A DNA stretch of 59,014 bases, the filler included, from Basidiobolus ranarum (Eukaryota): NCBI GenBank assembly GCA_040143965.1. It is 4 parts of 4 records of this genome, joined end to end, with 100 filler letters (N's around TTAATTAATTAA, not from the genome) between each part and the next. Parts side by side here need not be neighbours in the genome. Positions count along the whole stretch, not along the records: positions 1 to 14,739 come from JASJQH010000414.1; 3 more parts are not named here. One strand, 5' to 3'. The notes below the pieces were generated by a model. The model was given only the letters and a program-made list of their open reading frames with translations. It had not been told where the DNA came from and ran no database searches. Shown here in pieces: positions 1-13,290 of this stretch (its first letter is position 1; each line of letters begins with the position of its first letter). The translations under genes were made by a program, and so were the position numbers.

Positions 1-935
1 AATTGGTGGTTTTCACTTATTGATTTATTGAGTAGAAAGTTGACATTTATAGCTTTATCAAGAGGTACATAACATGCTGAGATTAGCATTACCTAAGCAC
101 TTTTATAGTCATGTATAGCTTAGTATATAGTTGCCCTATATTGAACTTAGATATCACCCATTGTTCTCAGTAGGAATTTACTTGAATTATTTTTACCAAC
201 TTTGAAGTTCTCAGATATACAGATTTTTTAAACTTGTGCTAGAGGCACCAAACTTTGCACACATGTTTCTGGGATCTTCCTTGACACATTCCACATGTCA
301 GTTTGCTTATATCTCAGCAACACTATAAATGTCAACCTTTTAATCAATAAATTAATTAGTGAAAACCACCATTTTCTCTAGTTCTCCAAACCTCTTCTAA
401 CAAGATTACAAAATACCTTAAAACAAGGAACATATTGAATGTATTAGGGAAGGTCCTAGGGGCATGTGTGCAAGTGTTGGATAATTAATCTTTATTCAAC
501 ATCTTAGTTAATTTTAGTTGAGATACATATATCAGAAACAGAAGGCAATGTATCTATGGCCCCTATATTCTAGTATGCCTTACTATCCCCACTTATCTAT
601 TTATATCTTATTACACAAACTCCTGAATATCTGAAACAATTGATTTACTTCTCTGTAAAATCAGTCACTATATTTTCTTAGGGACAAAGTAACTAAAAAC
701 ACTATCTTAAGTTGCCTCTAATATACAAAGTCCACCCCAATTATGTCAACATCCTCCAACAGCAAGTTTTGGGGCTTCAAGGATAAATTTCAAACAATCA
801 ATATATCATTAAACTTGTAAGTGAATTCCCCTTGAGGTGATATCTTAGTTCCATAAGGAATAACTAAATATTATGCTATATGTGACTATGTAGGTGTTTA
901 GGCTATGCTAATTTCAACATAAGCTATGTACCTTT
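1..935. repeat. Satellite-like repeat (monomer about 355 bp) in two orientations around an inversion point at about 292-302, interrupted by a solo LTR
   Basis: The reverse complement of 61-291 aligns by eye to 437-474 plus 767-935. The reverse complement of 1-88 aligns to 303-373. The two copies are circular permutations of each other. Confidence 0.7.
475..761 (+). mobile_element. Solo LTR, Ty1/copia family B, with 5-bp target-site duplication GCAAG
   Basis: Termini TGTTGG...CCAACA; GCAAG at 470-474 and 762-766; colinear similarity to the 5' LTR at 47254-47570 (minus strand). Confidence 0.9.
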
Positions 936-968
936 CTACAGTAACTACATCATTGTGCTTTTAGGATA

Positions 969-1380
969 TTAAGGAGTTGATGGTTTTAGTGAAGTTAGAG
1001 AAACATATTTCTGAGAATAAGCATGAATAATGATCTCAAATATGTCAAACAATGGTTCTCTACTATTAATGGATCCCATCCATTCTATTTTATGTTTTGT
1101 TCTATCTAGAAAGTATAGCAAACTATACAATACACAAGAACACTTTTCCAGCTGATCCAAAGCTTTCTCAAAATCACTTTGCACTGTTGAAATACAAGCT
1201 TTTGTTATTTTTCTGTATTTTTAGCCAAAGTATAAATTCATATCTTCCATTCAATCAAATAGCAGGTACAAATCGCAGTCTTTCCTTTTAATTAATATCA
1301 AACTTTCAACAACACGTACATAGTCTTTTATGCCCACCCTATTAGGATCTGTTCTCATATCCTCAGTAGTGTTGTTGAAT
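969..1380 (-). pseudogene. Decayed coding remnant of unknown family
   Basis: One frame reads as protein through two in-frame stops (…KDCDLYLLFD*MEDMNLYFG*KYRKITKACISTVQSDFEKALDQLEKCS…). No family recognised. Confidence 0.3.
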
Positions 1381-4249
1381 CACTTTTAGTGAGAGATATA
1401 TAAAGCTAAATGCTAAGATAGCTATGGATATATTGTGAATATCTCAATGACATCCCCAAGAGATCTTATGCTCATTTATGACCAATTTTCGGTGGTCTGA
1501 AACATCTGTGTTTTTAGTTGGGCTCGTCAATTGATGAATCTTATCCTTCGAATGTTAACTTCCATGACTCTTAAACCCTGAGAATTCTAGCCATCATCAT
1601 ATATTGAAAGTTCATGTTTACATGTATATTATTATTTCACACAGCAACCTAAAGCCGCTCTTATAAGTATATGACGTGTTACTATAACATTCCTTGTAAA
1701 CACTGACCGCAAACAATTTCCTATTTACGATGATTTAACCTGCCGTTTTTATGTTGATGACAGTAACTAACAGCAGACTGATGAGAATAGCCCATGTATA
1801 TTAGCTGGCAACATCCCACCTACCCAACATTGTAAGCTTAGGCATGCTATCTCAGAGAGATAATCGACAATGCCTGAAGAGAAGATCAAATACTTGTTCT
1901 AAACAACGTCGTGTACCTAGTATATACGGTGCAAATCACTTACAAAGATCAAAAATCTGCCAAAGCTACCATGACCAATCCACTCACCGCAAAGAGTACA
2001 AATTCCTAGCGTTGATGATCTTTGTGTAGTCCAACCAGGTAGCACGATTGAAATATTAAATCAACTTTGTACATCCACAGTGTGAATCCTTTGAAATAAT
2101 TGAATTAGGTCTTGACTGGTATACAGCAATATATCCAACCATAGGTTGACTCAGAAAGGTGAGAATCATTTATTCCAGAACTCTCACCCAAAAAACAGCT
2201 CAACATGTGTTTTCATTGAACCTTTGATGCATCGAAAGTGACAAGCAAGTTGACCGGCTTATTTGAGGGTAAGACAGCTGTTTATTCTATTACTTCTGAG
2301 CACAATGTATGTACTATTCCTTATGGCTTCTTCCACTAGAATGGTGTGCAGTGCACAAGGTTCTTCGTAGTATACAAAAGTAGCACAAATTTATTTGCTG
2401 TTTACTCTCGCTGAATATGTGATACTTTTGAGATATAAGGTTGGGGATGTCCATCCATACAGTAGGAATGCTAGCAGTACCTAGAGTATAACCCTACTAT
2501 AGAGTTCCATGGGTGTAGGGGCAGAATCGTCCTAAACATCTCCACTGTTTTTAGGTTAGTATCCACAAAATTGGCAAAGTTTATATTATTGAGAAGTCGG
2601 AACAGCCTTAAATTAGGATACGTATTCAAATGATTGCTGAATACAGTATTACTACAGTGCAATCTTTTCAAGTAATTTCAATTGTCTCCAGTAGTGAGCA
2701 TGGTACGCTAAGCGCTCTGACGAAATACTGACACAGGTATGTGTTTATCTCACTCTGGTCAATTTGAGCTTCAGTAGGACGAAGTCCAAATAAAAGCGGT
2801 TTATATCTAAAACGTATCACCAGATCCGGTCAAGCTTTTCCCACCGTTGTTTGTCACCTCGTCTATGTATAAGACATATGAATGTTACTCATCCACGTGA
2901 TTCCACTTCAAGTAATATGAAGTATGTCATATCCTAGCATCACTCTAGTGCGCAGCACAAATTGAGATTCCCGAAACACGTCGAGAAGAGGAACAATAAT
3001 CACCAGAACAATAGTTCCCCAGGATCTCCAATCCTCCGTCTATCTTATCTCTTGATGGTTGTACGAGATATCATTTATCTGCTGATAACGGCACCAACAA
3101 ATCCCCAGCATCCCCATTGCAACCAAATTCATTTAAAGTGGTTTAGGGAAAGACTAAGGGAACACGCCACCTGTGTATCCATTCGCCTGGAATTCCGACA
3201 ATCAATATAGACTCAAGGTTTGACAGCCATAAAGCTGGGCTACACCCTCAATCAACACTGCATTTTTGTTCACACTTATCATGCGAAGCATAGTAAGACG
3301 GTGGTATTTGCATCTCGCTTCATCATTATACTAGTTTGTTCTGCTGGCAAACCGGAATTTGAAACCTTAGCGAACTGAGACATCGACAGTCAATGTTAAC
3401 AAACCAAGCAATATTGTGCTGCATTTGTTTTTGTTATTGAACGTTGTGTTGCACTGAGGCTTCCAAGGTGCTTCTCGCTAATAGTTAAGGCATATTCCTC
3501 GACAAGTCCCCTCTTTACTGCCAATACCAAGTGGATGAGTGGGTTTTTGTTTGGTATGATGCTTTCGGTTATTTGTGTCCCGTAATAGAAGCTCGATACA
3601 TTCCTCCCCACGAATATGTATTGTCGGTGTAACCAGCAACCAACTACCTATCATGAACGGAGTGACTACATGATCCGATGGAGCCGAGTACATACTATCA
3701 TGAGTTGCCATGATATGAACTTTCTTTTTATAGGCTCGGAGCATGCGTGTTACAAAGATTCTACAACATCCCTGATGAGCAAATAGCATCTGGCTATACT
3801 TTAGACTAATCCTCCTTGTTGCTGATCTCGTTGGCTAAATGCCGTCGCTGTATCTAGTTTAGAAATTCAGTCCCCCAAGGTTTAACTCTATCGCTGGCCC
3901 ATTGAGCCTCTTCGATGTGTTCGGGGTGGCACATGATTAAGGGCCATTCAGCACCACTGTTGATGGATAAGAGCTTGGTGTCATCTAGACTGAAGATTAA
4001 GACCTAAGCATTGATGTGCTAACAGCAAGCGACAAATCGGGAAATTCATTAAGATTGGTTGATCAATTGAGTAGCTTAATAATTGAAGTATCCGAATCCT
4101 TTATCCTATATAGAGATGTTACGAAAATGGCTGGATTAGGTTTCACGCGGGATAATTCGATTGTCGTAACAGAATGTTAGTATAAAAGGTAGTCAAGAGT
4201 AAATTTTTCAAATGCATTGCTTTTTGTTGATTACTTTCACAGTCGAAAG

Positions 4250-5932
4250 ATGGGTTTCGTTGCCAAACTGAACGAAAGAGCAGCTAAGTCTCCAATTGGT
4301 AAATGGTTCAAGCTTGATGGATCTGGCGCCAAAGGAGAGCGCGTTAACACTCGATTCAGTTCCGAACTACGTGCTGGTCTCGCCACTTTCGTGACCATGG
4401 CCTATATCATTTCTGTTAATTCCACTATTATTTCCGAAACCGGAGGCACTTGCGAATGTAGACCTCCCGCTGGGGCTACCGGTTCTGCTGCTTTATGTGT
4501 AGGTGACCTAGTGTATGAAGAATGTGTCACTCAAGTGAAGCGTGATTTAATCACTGCCACTGCAGCCATTTCTGCCATCGCTTGCATTGCTATGGGTTCA
4601 TTGGCCAATTTACCCTTTGCGTTGGCCCCAGGTATGGGTATCAACGCTTACTTCACCTACACTGTTGTCGGATTCCATGGTAGTGGCAAAGTTCCTTACA
4701 AAACTGCCCTTGCCGCTGTATTTATCGAAGGAATTATTTTCGTGATTTTGTCAGTTATTGGTATTCGTCAATGGTTAGCTAAACTTATTCCGAATTCTAT
4801 TAAAATTGCTACTGGCGCTGGAATCGGGCTTTATCTTTGCTTCATCGGACTTCAGAGTTCTGCTGGTATTGGATTAATTACCGCCGACCCTGCAACTCTC
4901 GTAACTTTGGGTGGATGCGACCCCATGTACAAGAAAGATGGTCAGTGTTTGAGTGGGAAAATGGAAGGTCCGACTGTGTGGATGGGCATCTTCGGGTTCT
5001 TCTTAATTTCTATGTTGACTTTGTTTAGAGTTAAGGGTGCCGTTTTGTTCGGTGTTCTTTTGGTTGCTATTATTTCCTGGTTCCGTGGAACTTCAGTCAC
5101 CTACTTCCCTTACACCCCTAAAGGTGATGAAGCCTTTGAATTCTTCAAACAAGTCGTCACTTTACACCCTATCAAGCATACATTGGCCGTATTTGATTTT
5201 AGTCTTAACCATAGCGAAGTTTGGGTAGCTCTTATTACCATGCTCTATGTTGATATTCTGGATGCTACTGGTACGATGTTCTCCATGGCCAAGTTCGGTG
5301 GGTTTACCAATGAGAATGGGGATTTTGAAGGATTAGGCACTGCTTTCATTGTTGATGGTGTTACCATTATTATCGGATCAGTCTTCGGTGTTTCCCCAGT
5401 TACTGTTTTCGTTGAATCTGGTGCAGGTATTACTGATGGTGGTCGAACTGGTATTACAGCTATTACTGTGGGTTTCTTCTTCTTCCTCTCTGTATTCCTT
5501 TCACCTATCTTCGCTTCATTCCCACCTTGGGCTACCGGACCAGCCCTTATTGTTATTGGTTCCATGATGACCAAGAGCGTCAAAGACATTAATTGGGATT
5601 ACCTCGGAGATGCAGTTCCTGCTTTCCTAACCATCGCACTTATGCCTTTGACTTACTCCATTGCCTACGGCCTTGTTGCCGGAATTTGCTCATACATTGC
5701 TATCAACATCTCCGCTTGGTTGATTGTAACAGTCAGTGGTGGACGCATTCACTTGGATAGATCTCAAAAAGAAGCATGGAACGACTTCAAGATGGACGAT
5801 GGCAAGATGATGGCTCCATGGGTGTACAAGGTCAAGAACATGATGTTTGGAAAGGAGAAGTCCACTGAAAACCTTGACTCCAAACCGGAAGTTAGTCAAG
5901 AGGAGATAAGCAAGATCTCCAACCACGTTTAG
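4250..5932 (+). CDS. azgA: AzgA-family (NCS2-like) adenine/guanine/hypoxanthine permease, intronless
   Basis: Motifs ELRAGLATFVTMAYII, NLPFALAPGMGINAYF, VDILDATGT, ESGAGITDGGRTG and PAFLTIALMPLTYSIAYG; many hydrophobic segments; first ATG at 4250. Confidence 0.93.
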   Translation: MGFVAKLNERAAKSPIGKWFKLDGSGAKGERVNTRFSSELRAGLATFVTMAYIISVNSTIISETGGTCECRPPAGATGSAALCVGDLVYEECVTQVKRDLITATAAISAIACIAMGSLANLPFALAPGMGINAYFTYTVVGFHGSGKVPYKTALAAVFIEGIIFVILSVIGIRQWLAKLIPNSIKIATGAGIGLYLCFIGLQSSAGIGLITADPATLVTLGGCDPMYKKDGQCLSGKMEGPTVWMGIFGFFLISMLTLFRVKGAVLFGVLLVAIISWFRGTSVTYFPYTPKGDEAFEFFKQVVTLHPIKHTLAVFDFSLNHSEVWVALITMLYVDILDATGTMFSMAKFGGFTNENGDFEGLGTAFIVDGVTIIIGSVFGVSPVTVFVESGAGITDGGRTGITAITVGFFFFLSVFLSPIFASFPPWATGPALIVIGSMMTKSVKDINWDYLGDAVPAFLTIALMPLTYSIAYGLVAGICSYIAINISAWLIVTVSGGRIHLDRSQKEAWNDFKMDDGKMMAPWVYKVKNMMFGKEKSTENLDSKPEVSQEEISKISNHV

Positions 5933-7250
5933 AGATCAATCAATTATTATTTAGTTTTCTACTTGCTGTTACAACACCTTCAATTTTGTATACAACCTAA
6001 TCATCATTATTGCACTCCATCCAGCATGGAGGTTGATTCACTATCCCATATGTATTGTAAGTATAGGAATAATAAAGGGTTTCAAATATCCACTTCTGTT
6101 CTTGAATTCTTAAACGGGGAGGAGCCTTGGACTATCCTTCTGGGACCGACTCAGATATTATCGATAGAGAAGTCAAAACCGTAGATCACACTTCCTGACT
6201 CAACAGAAGTCACACGCCCCAATGACTTCGATGTTCTCATATTTGGTTAAAGTAATCAAGCATTTCATCCGTTGACGGGGGAGAAAAAAAATCCTATTTA
6301 GAAATGGAATAATTTGGACATATTAATTACCCATGGAACTTTGTCCAGAAAGTGGAATCACCACATGCCGATTTGCTATTAAACTTACTCTATGAATCCC
6401 TTTTTTTTGCACCAACAGCAAATGGGTACAACTACCAAAGGCAGTAATCAAGGGATATAGCGTATCCAAGTAACCCCACTATTTAGAGTAATTTCGATCA
6501 ATTTGGGTTCTACAAAGAATTGTATCTTACATTCCATCAAAATGAGTTGCATGATCTATTATCAATAGATTGTTGATGTACTCTTTTTGTTTGTGCGCGG
6601 GTTTCCCTTGTCAATGGTTAGGGGATTGACAATCTCTAAGGTAGGTACTTAGTGTGTTCATAAGGTGCTCTTCATAGTCATCTTGGAGAGAAGATATCTC
6701 TATCGTGTATATTGTGGCTTGCTTCAAGTATGCATGATAGCCACTTTTCAATGTGTAGGTGCCAGAGATTTCCTTAAGGATTCCCAGCTATTTCAGAGTT
6801 TGAGGATATCCACTTGCTTACTGGGATGCTCTACCGTTCCAAAGAAATGCTCAGTTGCCATGATAGCCTTCAGGCTACATGATTAGGTTGATAGTTTCAG
6901 TAAGGGTTCCATACTAATTGGATGTTTTTTTCATGTCTTTACTAGAAGTTATATGGCTGATCATAATATGGACATCTGAACTGGGTGCTATGATGATGGC
7001 AGGGTTTGATAGTCAATATGATGTTTACTTGATTAAAAAGAAACCAAAGATATTGGGATTAGACAATCATCAATCAACATTGCTTAACTCGCATGATCAA
7101 TGAAATCATCTAACAAAAGTAGTAATGTAATGGTGCAACTTTTCCAATAGTCGTACGCTCTATGCTATTATTTATATCTAAACTTATTTTAATTGTAGTC
7201 TTTTGTACGAAAACTCTATAGTGACCCTTTCTTTTTCACATACAAAAGAT

Positions 7251-10200
7251 ATGGATACTGATAGTGATGACGCTTTTGAAACACCACCTTTACAGAGAAC
7301 TTTTCGAACCAACAAAGCTCAATTACAACTGATGGAACATGATGCACAGGTGAATAAAGTGGAGGAATTAGAGACCAGCTTATCTATACCAAGAAAAAAA
7401 CGTAGTGTTTCGCTTGAACCATGCGACCCTCCTTCCTCTATCACCCTTAAGGTCACCAAGACTTTTGGACTCAACTCGAAGCGACTTAAGAGAAGTGAAG
7501 AAAGTTATAAACTTAACACAGTGGAAAATACCGTACCGAAAAGGAAATTCATCTTGGATTGTGTTGAATTGCTGACGGATAGAGGGGTTTCCTCTTATGG
7601 TTCAAGATCTAACCATGAAATGAGCTTTCTTGTACCGAATTCCGAAAAAAAAAGTAACCTCTCTTTTTATGTTTTTCCTTGAATTGTTGGTTTCGTTTTA
7701 ATAATGTGGTAAATCCCATTTTAGAATCGCTTTCTCCTTCACCAGATTTGGTACAGCCTGAAGAGAGTTTGAAAGAATCAGAAAACATTCAACCTGAACT
7801 TGGGGTAGAATCCGATGTAGATAGGGAGGCAAAGACAGACAGACGAAAACTCTCTCGAAGACAAAAAAGTGTTATCACATTAGATTCTCAAGACTCGAAT
7901 TCTGACTCCGATGGCGAGTGGGAAGAAGAGAGAATTCAATTTCTAAATGTGTTCTGGGAGCATGAGGCGGTATGGTAATTGTTAAGCGAAATCATCAAGA
8001 GTTCAGCGATTTATCATCATCTGTTTCGTTAGGCTCTGTTTCAAGCGGATACTTTTCAATCTTTTATGGAATGTAAAAGTCAGCTAGCACGTACACAAAG
8101 GATATACAGTTCATCAGCGTGTAGCAGAATGGGTGATCAATTGGGGGATATCGTTAATGAATACGCAAGCAAGTCATTAGAGAAAATATCCTACTTCGAA
8201 GATCAAATCATACTGCTAAGAATGGATTTGGTTCAAAACGTATAGATCTTCTAGATAATCCTGTGTATGGAGGAATTTTCTCATTTCATATTTGCTTCAT
8301 TTAGCTGAAGTTGCTCGTTAAAGAGAGAGAAGAAAGCCTGAAAAATAACTTTTCACCACGAGCCCAGTCACACACCTCACGTAACTCGATAAGAAGCTCC
8401 AGGGAATCCTCCCATAAAACGAGATCGCTGTCGAGATATTGTCTACCGAGAGAAAAGAGTGACATGTTCGACGATTCGGATACGAGTATGATGCTGAGCG
8501 ATACTGATGAGATTCCAATGTTACAAACCCAAAAGTCCCCTTCACAATTCCCAGGTAGCATTAATTTAGTATCTCAGGAACGAAGTAAGGATGAAGAGCC
8601 AACTCCTATGGAAACCACCAAGAAGGCTCCTCAAGGACCCAGTGAAGCAATAAGTAGCACTCCTCTAATAAGAACACCACCCTTGTCATCAGATCTAGCT
8701 GGAGACGTCAAAGAAAATGTGGTTTCTTTAGAAACTATTGATGATCCTTGCGTTCATTTCGACTCTGTACTTAGGGCATCATCAAAGACACCTCCACTAA
8801 TCACTCATTTACCTTTGGTGTTTGGTGAGGATACCGAGTTAGTGAAGCGAAGTGATCAAAGGGAAAAAAGCCCTTGTAGGTCACAATTGACAATATGCAG
8901 ATCTGGTATAAAGACTCCACCTCCTTTACAACCGTCAAGTAATGAGTTGGACCATTCCACCTCTCACGAGAAGTCACTAGCCTCACCGACTCCTTTAGAC
9001 CAACTCTATGCAAATGATGAAGGTAAGTCTACTTCCTTAACGGATATAGATGTGAATAATTGCTCATTAAGCGCGTTTCAATCTTCGCCTCATTTTACAA
9101 ATGAAGAACTCTCGGAGAATCAGCCAAGTGAGAAATCGATAGAGTCTTACTCGCCAGACAACGGTGAAAGTTTTGATGACTATTTTGGTCGAATAGTACT
9201 TCCTTGGCAAACAAGTATTCCCCAAGCCAAATCAAATGACAGTGATAAGAATCAGTACGAACGTAGCTCTGACCAAGAAATTATTAATGATGAGGTTGAT
9301 TTATTAGAATTTAACTTCATGGATGTTGAACCACCCTCTACTATGTATTATATGCCATCCTCCTCCTCGCCTCCTGTAGCTAGTAATTCAAGTTTTACAT
9401 ACAAAGAAGACCTACCACTTAATTCAGATCCATACGTTGTTAAGCAATCTGGCTCTGCAAGTCAATCATCTCTTGATACATCGGATTTACTTAGTCCTAT
9501 TTCTCAGGCAGAAGACTGTCCTACTACGAGTATATCAATGCCTGATTATAGAAGTATGTCTCTCGATACGTTGAAGGTAGTATATCATATTGATTGATTT
9601 CAAACACAATGCTTTAAAAACTGACGCTTTTCATCTTCAGGAGCTTGGAGAAGAATACGGCTTGCGAGCTATTTCTCAAGAGACCTTTGTGTCACGTCTA
9701 GAACTGATCTGGAAAACCTTGAATCCTCCTCTTACAAATAACTACACAAACTTTCTGCGTCAACCCGCACAGAGTTCACCTGAGTCAAATTTCAACTTTT
9801 CAGAGTCGTTGAATCCGAGTGCTTCTAGTGCTTCAGAAATGGATACAGAGGAAGAACGGGAAGGTGATGTATATTTTCAAGACTGGGATTTGGCGCACTC
9901 AGATGCTACTGAGATGGACACTGCCCTTGACACTAATCTGGAAGAAATTTTCTTTAAGTTCATTAAGAACGACGCCGAGTTATATAGTTCTATTCTCTGT
10001 TATAAAGTTCGTATCATGAGGAGGTTACTATCTTCAGTTGACTATGAAACTAACACTCTTTATACTTCATCTAATGAAGCCTGTGGATTTTGAGAAACTT
10101 TGTCAAGATATGATTCAAGCTGGTCACGTATTTAAACAGCATAAACTGAGGGATTTTTTAGATAGTCAGGTAACCGCTTTCTAAGCAGTCTACTCAATCG

Positions 10201-10269
10201 AAACACCACTTAATACTTCTTTTTATACTCATCTAGGGAATTGTGATAATTTTTACCAAGGAAAGTTGA
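7251..10269 (+). CDS. SLX4: Structure-specific endonuclease scaffold SLX4-like, 7 exons (7251-7653, 7725-7969, 8033-8239, 8305-9576, 9641-10006, 10080-10169, 10237-10269)
   Basis: Phase-consistent GT-AG splicing gives a SAP-like segment MPDYRSMSLDTLKELGEEYGLRAISQETFVSRLELIW and a C-terminal SLX1-binding CCD-like segment LYSSILCYKPVDFEKL…KLRDFLDSQGIVIIF, after a long S/T/P/E-rich region. Confidence 0.8.
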
Positions 10270-10572
10270 TTTACCCTAATCCTAAAGCTGGTTTAAATGT
10301 TGTTAGTCCTAGCACTATTCTAATGACTACCTGTCATATTTTGAATTCCATTGCGGTTTTGTATAAATTCAGAATGTTTTGGGGTCAGGTTCTGGAGCCC
10401 TCACCCTGGAAATTAGCGGCACTCATTTGTAATCAAATGTCAATTACCTTGATTCGTTGTAACTAGCCATACATCTCTATCTCATTCCTTATTATTCCTC
10501 TGTCAAGTTCATCTCTTTTGCCCTTATCTAAAATACGAAGAGTCGATACAATAAGTTCGAAATAAAGATATA

Positions 10573-11234
10573 ATGCATAGACCTAGAGCCAGGTAAAACA
10601 CATCATAAAAGCTTGTAGTATATTTTTAATTCTCTTCACAAACCAAAAATGACTTCAACCTCCTTTTTCTAAAAAAGTGATACGACATAGATGAATACCA
10701 TACTAACATATTATTCTGTTACTTTTACGTCAACCTGTAAATCTACTATACGTTTCCCTATAATCGTAGACAATACGCTAATCAGCAAGATTATAATCAA
10801 CAAGGTCAAGATTATACTCAAAATGAGTTGGAGAACATGAATGAGCAGAGAATCGAAGGCCTTTCGGATAAGGTTTCTTTACTTCGTGAGGTATTTGATA
10901 TTACAATTAAGGATTTTCTAGCACATGGCTAATAGGAATTGCTTCAATTTTGTGTATAGATCACTCTTAATATTGGAGATGAAGTTAGAGATCAGAATGC
11001 CTACTTAAAAGACATGGTATTGTAACACGTTATAACCCTTTCTTGTCACAAAAATTCAATTTTCTTTCTTTCTAGGGAAGTGATTTTGAACGTACGGGAA
11101 CTTATCTTAAAGGCACCATGCGCCGTTTTTACGCCATGGCTCAAACACAAAGTGGACGTTATATGATCTATCTGATTTTATTCGCTCTCTTAGTTTTCAC
11201 CTTTATGTTGCTTTATGTTCGTTGGCGCAATTGA
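10573..11234 (+). CDS. BET1: ER-Golgi Qc-SNARE Bet1-like, 4 exons (10573-10592, 10770-10890, 10960-11016, 11076-11234)
   Basis: Spliced product contains ELENMNEQRIEGLSDKVSLLREITLNIGDEVRDQNAYLKDMGSDFERTGTYLKGTMRRF plus a C-terminal transmembrane tail. Not in the ORF track. Exon 1 is the least certain. Confidence 0.88.
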
Positions 11235-13290
11235 ATGAGGAACAAGGAACTACCCCTAGCAACAACTCTTCGCCCTTATTTGTTCTTCATCTCCACAACT
11301 AGGGTCTTAAGAAACCAGAAGACCTTTTGTTAACATTTCTCTATTTAATATTGCCTTTTACTCCAATAGCCTTATCATATCTTCTATACTCACTCTACAC
11401 TCGTCGTCTACAGGTGCTCCTCACTTAGTAAAGCGGTGTTTCTGTACTGTTAGATTGGAGAAGAAATGATCTATCATCTTCTAATACAAAAGGTTATAAA
11501 GCTATTTGAAATGTAATAAACACCCGTTTTGTGCAGACATACATCTGAAGAATAATGTGTAGATGTATTTTTTTTATTACCACAAGTAGAGTATCATCCA
11601 TGTGTCAAAGATTCACTTCAGGCATTGTAGGTTGGCAAAAGTATAGCTTAATCATAGAAACCTTCTCTAAATATTCTTGAAAGATATAATTTCAATGGAA
11701 GTAACCGTACTATTCCACATAAAGCCACATTTCAAAGAGTACCCAGATAGAGTTTGTGTCTATTACCAATGCTGATATAATTCACAAGATATCCACCATT
11801 TTCTCATTCATTCCTATACTTCTCTTGGTAGTAACTATATTTTGCACCCTACAATGCTTTAGGTAGACGCAAGCTACCATTGAATCTCTAGATGCTCGAG
11901 TGAAACTAAGATAAAACCTTTACTTTCTTCCAATCCACAGTGGCTGGTACCTTGATCTCTGCTCCATCAACTGGGAATTGGTACCTTTTCGCCTATAGTA
12001 TTGGGCATGTTAGAGACCATCCTTAGCATTAACATTACTCCTATTGTTTGGGAAAGATATCGATACAGTCTGTAATCAGTTTGATCGATAGCAGTGATCA
12101 AATGTAGACTCCCCGCCCTCAAATAAAGTAGATTTGCTATGTATGAGAAGAGAAGGAGAGCGTCCTGCAAACTATTGAGATTTCTTAGTATCATCATGTA
12201 AAGTAAAATGTGATCACTATTTGGTATTCCCTAATTGGGATTTTCATTAAATAGTCACCATGCAAGGGAGTTCCATCTCTGTAACACGCTCAATCATTCA
12301 ACCTTCTTTCTAAAATTGGCAATCACTGACCTAAACCCGCATTCTCCCATTTTCAGTTTTCATCTGGGTTCGCTGACCTTGACGTTTAAATGAAATCCTC
12401 AAACACCTTGTTTCTATCAAGGCATGAATGAGTGCCAGATGGAATAGTGGCGTGGATATCATAGGTCCATAGATAACCTATCTGTCCAGTGAACTAGGTG
12501 TGGTGCTGCCAAGGTTGGATCGTATCGGAGAAATCCCTAACAACAATCACAACGCATCTGATTTAGATAGGATCAATGTTCCATACGATGATCTTCATTC
12601 ATCAAGGTGGCTAAATACCGATCCAGCCTCACATATTCTCAGGGGGTGGAATCAATTTATCTATTGAGTACTTAAACTATCTCACTTTAACAGTCAGAAG
12701 TGGTAAGGTTCCTTCATTAAGCTAGTCAAGTCTGAGAACATCTCACATGGCTTTTACCAGTTGTGACATCCCATTATATCCTTACTGGGAGAAATGGAGT
12801 AATGCTTAATGCGTCTCAATCGGTTCATGTACACCAAGATTCGCGTTCAATTGGGTGGTAATGGATGGGACTTGGAGCTGATATCTCTATGGTTTACCAT
12901 CCCATCACCCGCTCATCAATGCGAACCAAGTATGCATGAATTGATTCGAACGTTTTCTTTATACATAGTTTAAATCTCACAGAGAACTTTGTCGAAAAGG
13001 TTAAATGGTTACAACGGTTAAGAAAAGGTTACAAAATAATGGAAGATATGAATGTGTGAAAAGATGTAGGAAGATAGATATAGGCAAGAGACATACGAAC
13101 AAACACACACCTAGAACTAATAGACTGACCCTTGCTCACCGGGGAAGGTGAGAGATGTAAAATTACATCCAATGAATAAACAAACATTTACATTTTGAAG
13201 TAAGATGCTACTAAAGAACGTCCAGTGGGTCTCTACGCCTTGTAAAGGAGAACCACCGCACCATAGGCTGGGATAGGCTCAATCATCGAC

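Noticed and set aside
3396..3789. Overlapping 71-aa and 103-aa minus-strand ORFs
   Set aside because: No recognisable motifs or coherent splice structure.
4250..5932. Intronless azgA as a bacterial horizontal transfer
   Set aside because: It has the Cys-containing loops and N-/C-terminal extensions typical of fungal and plant AzgA; lack of introns alone is not evidence.
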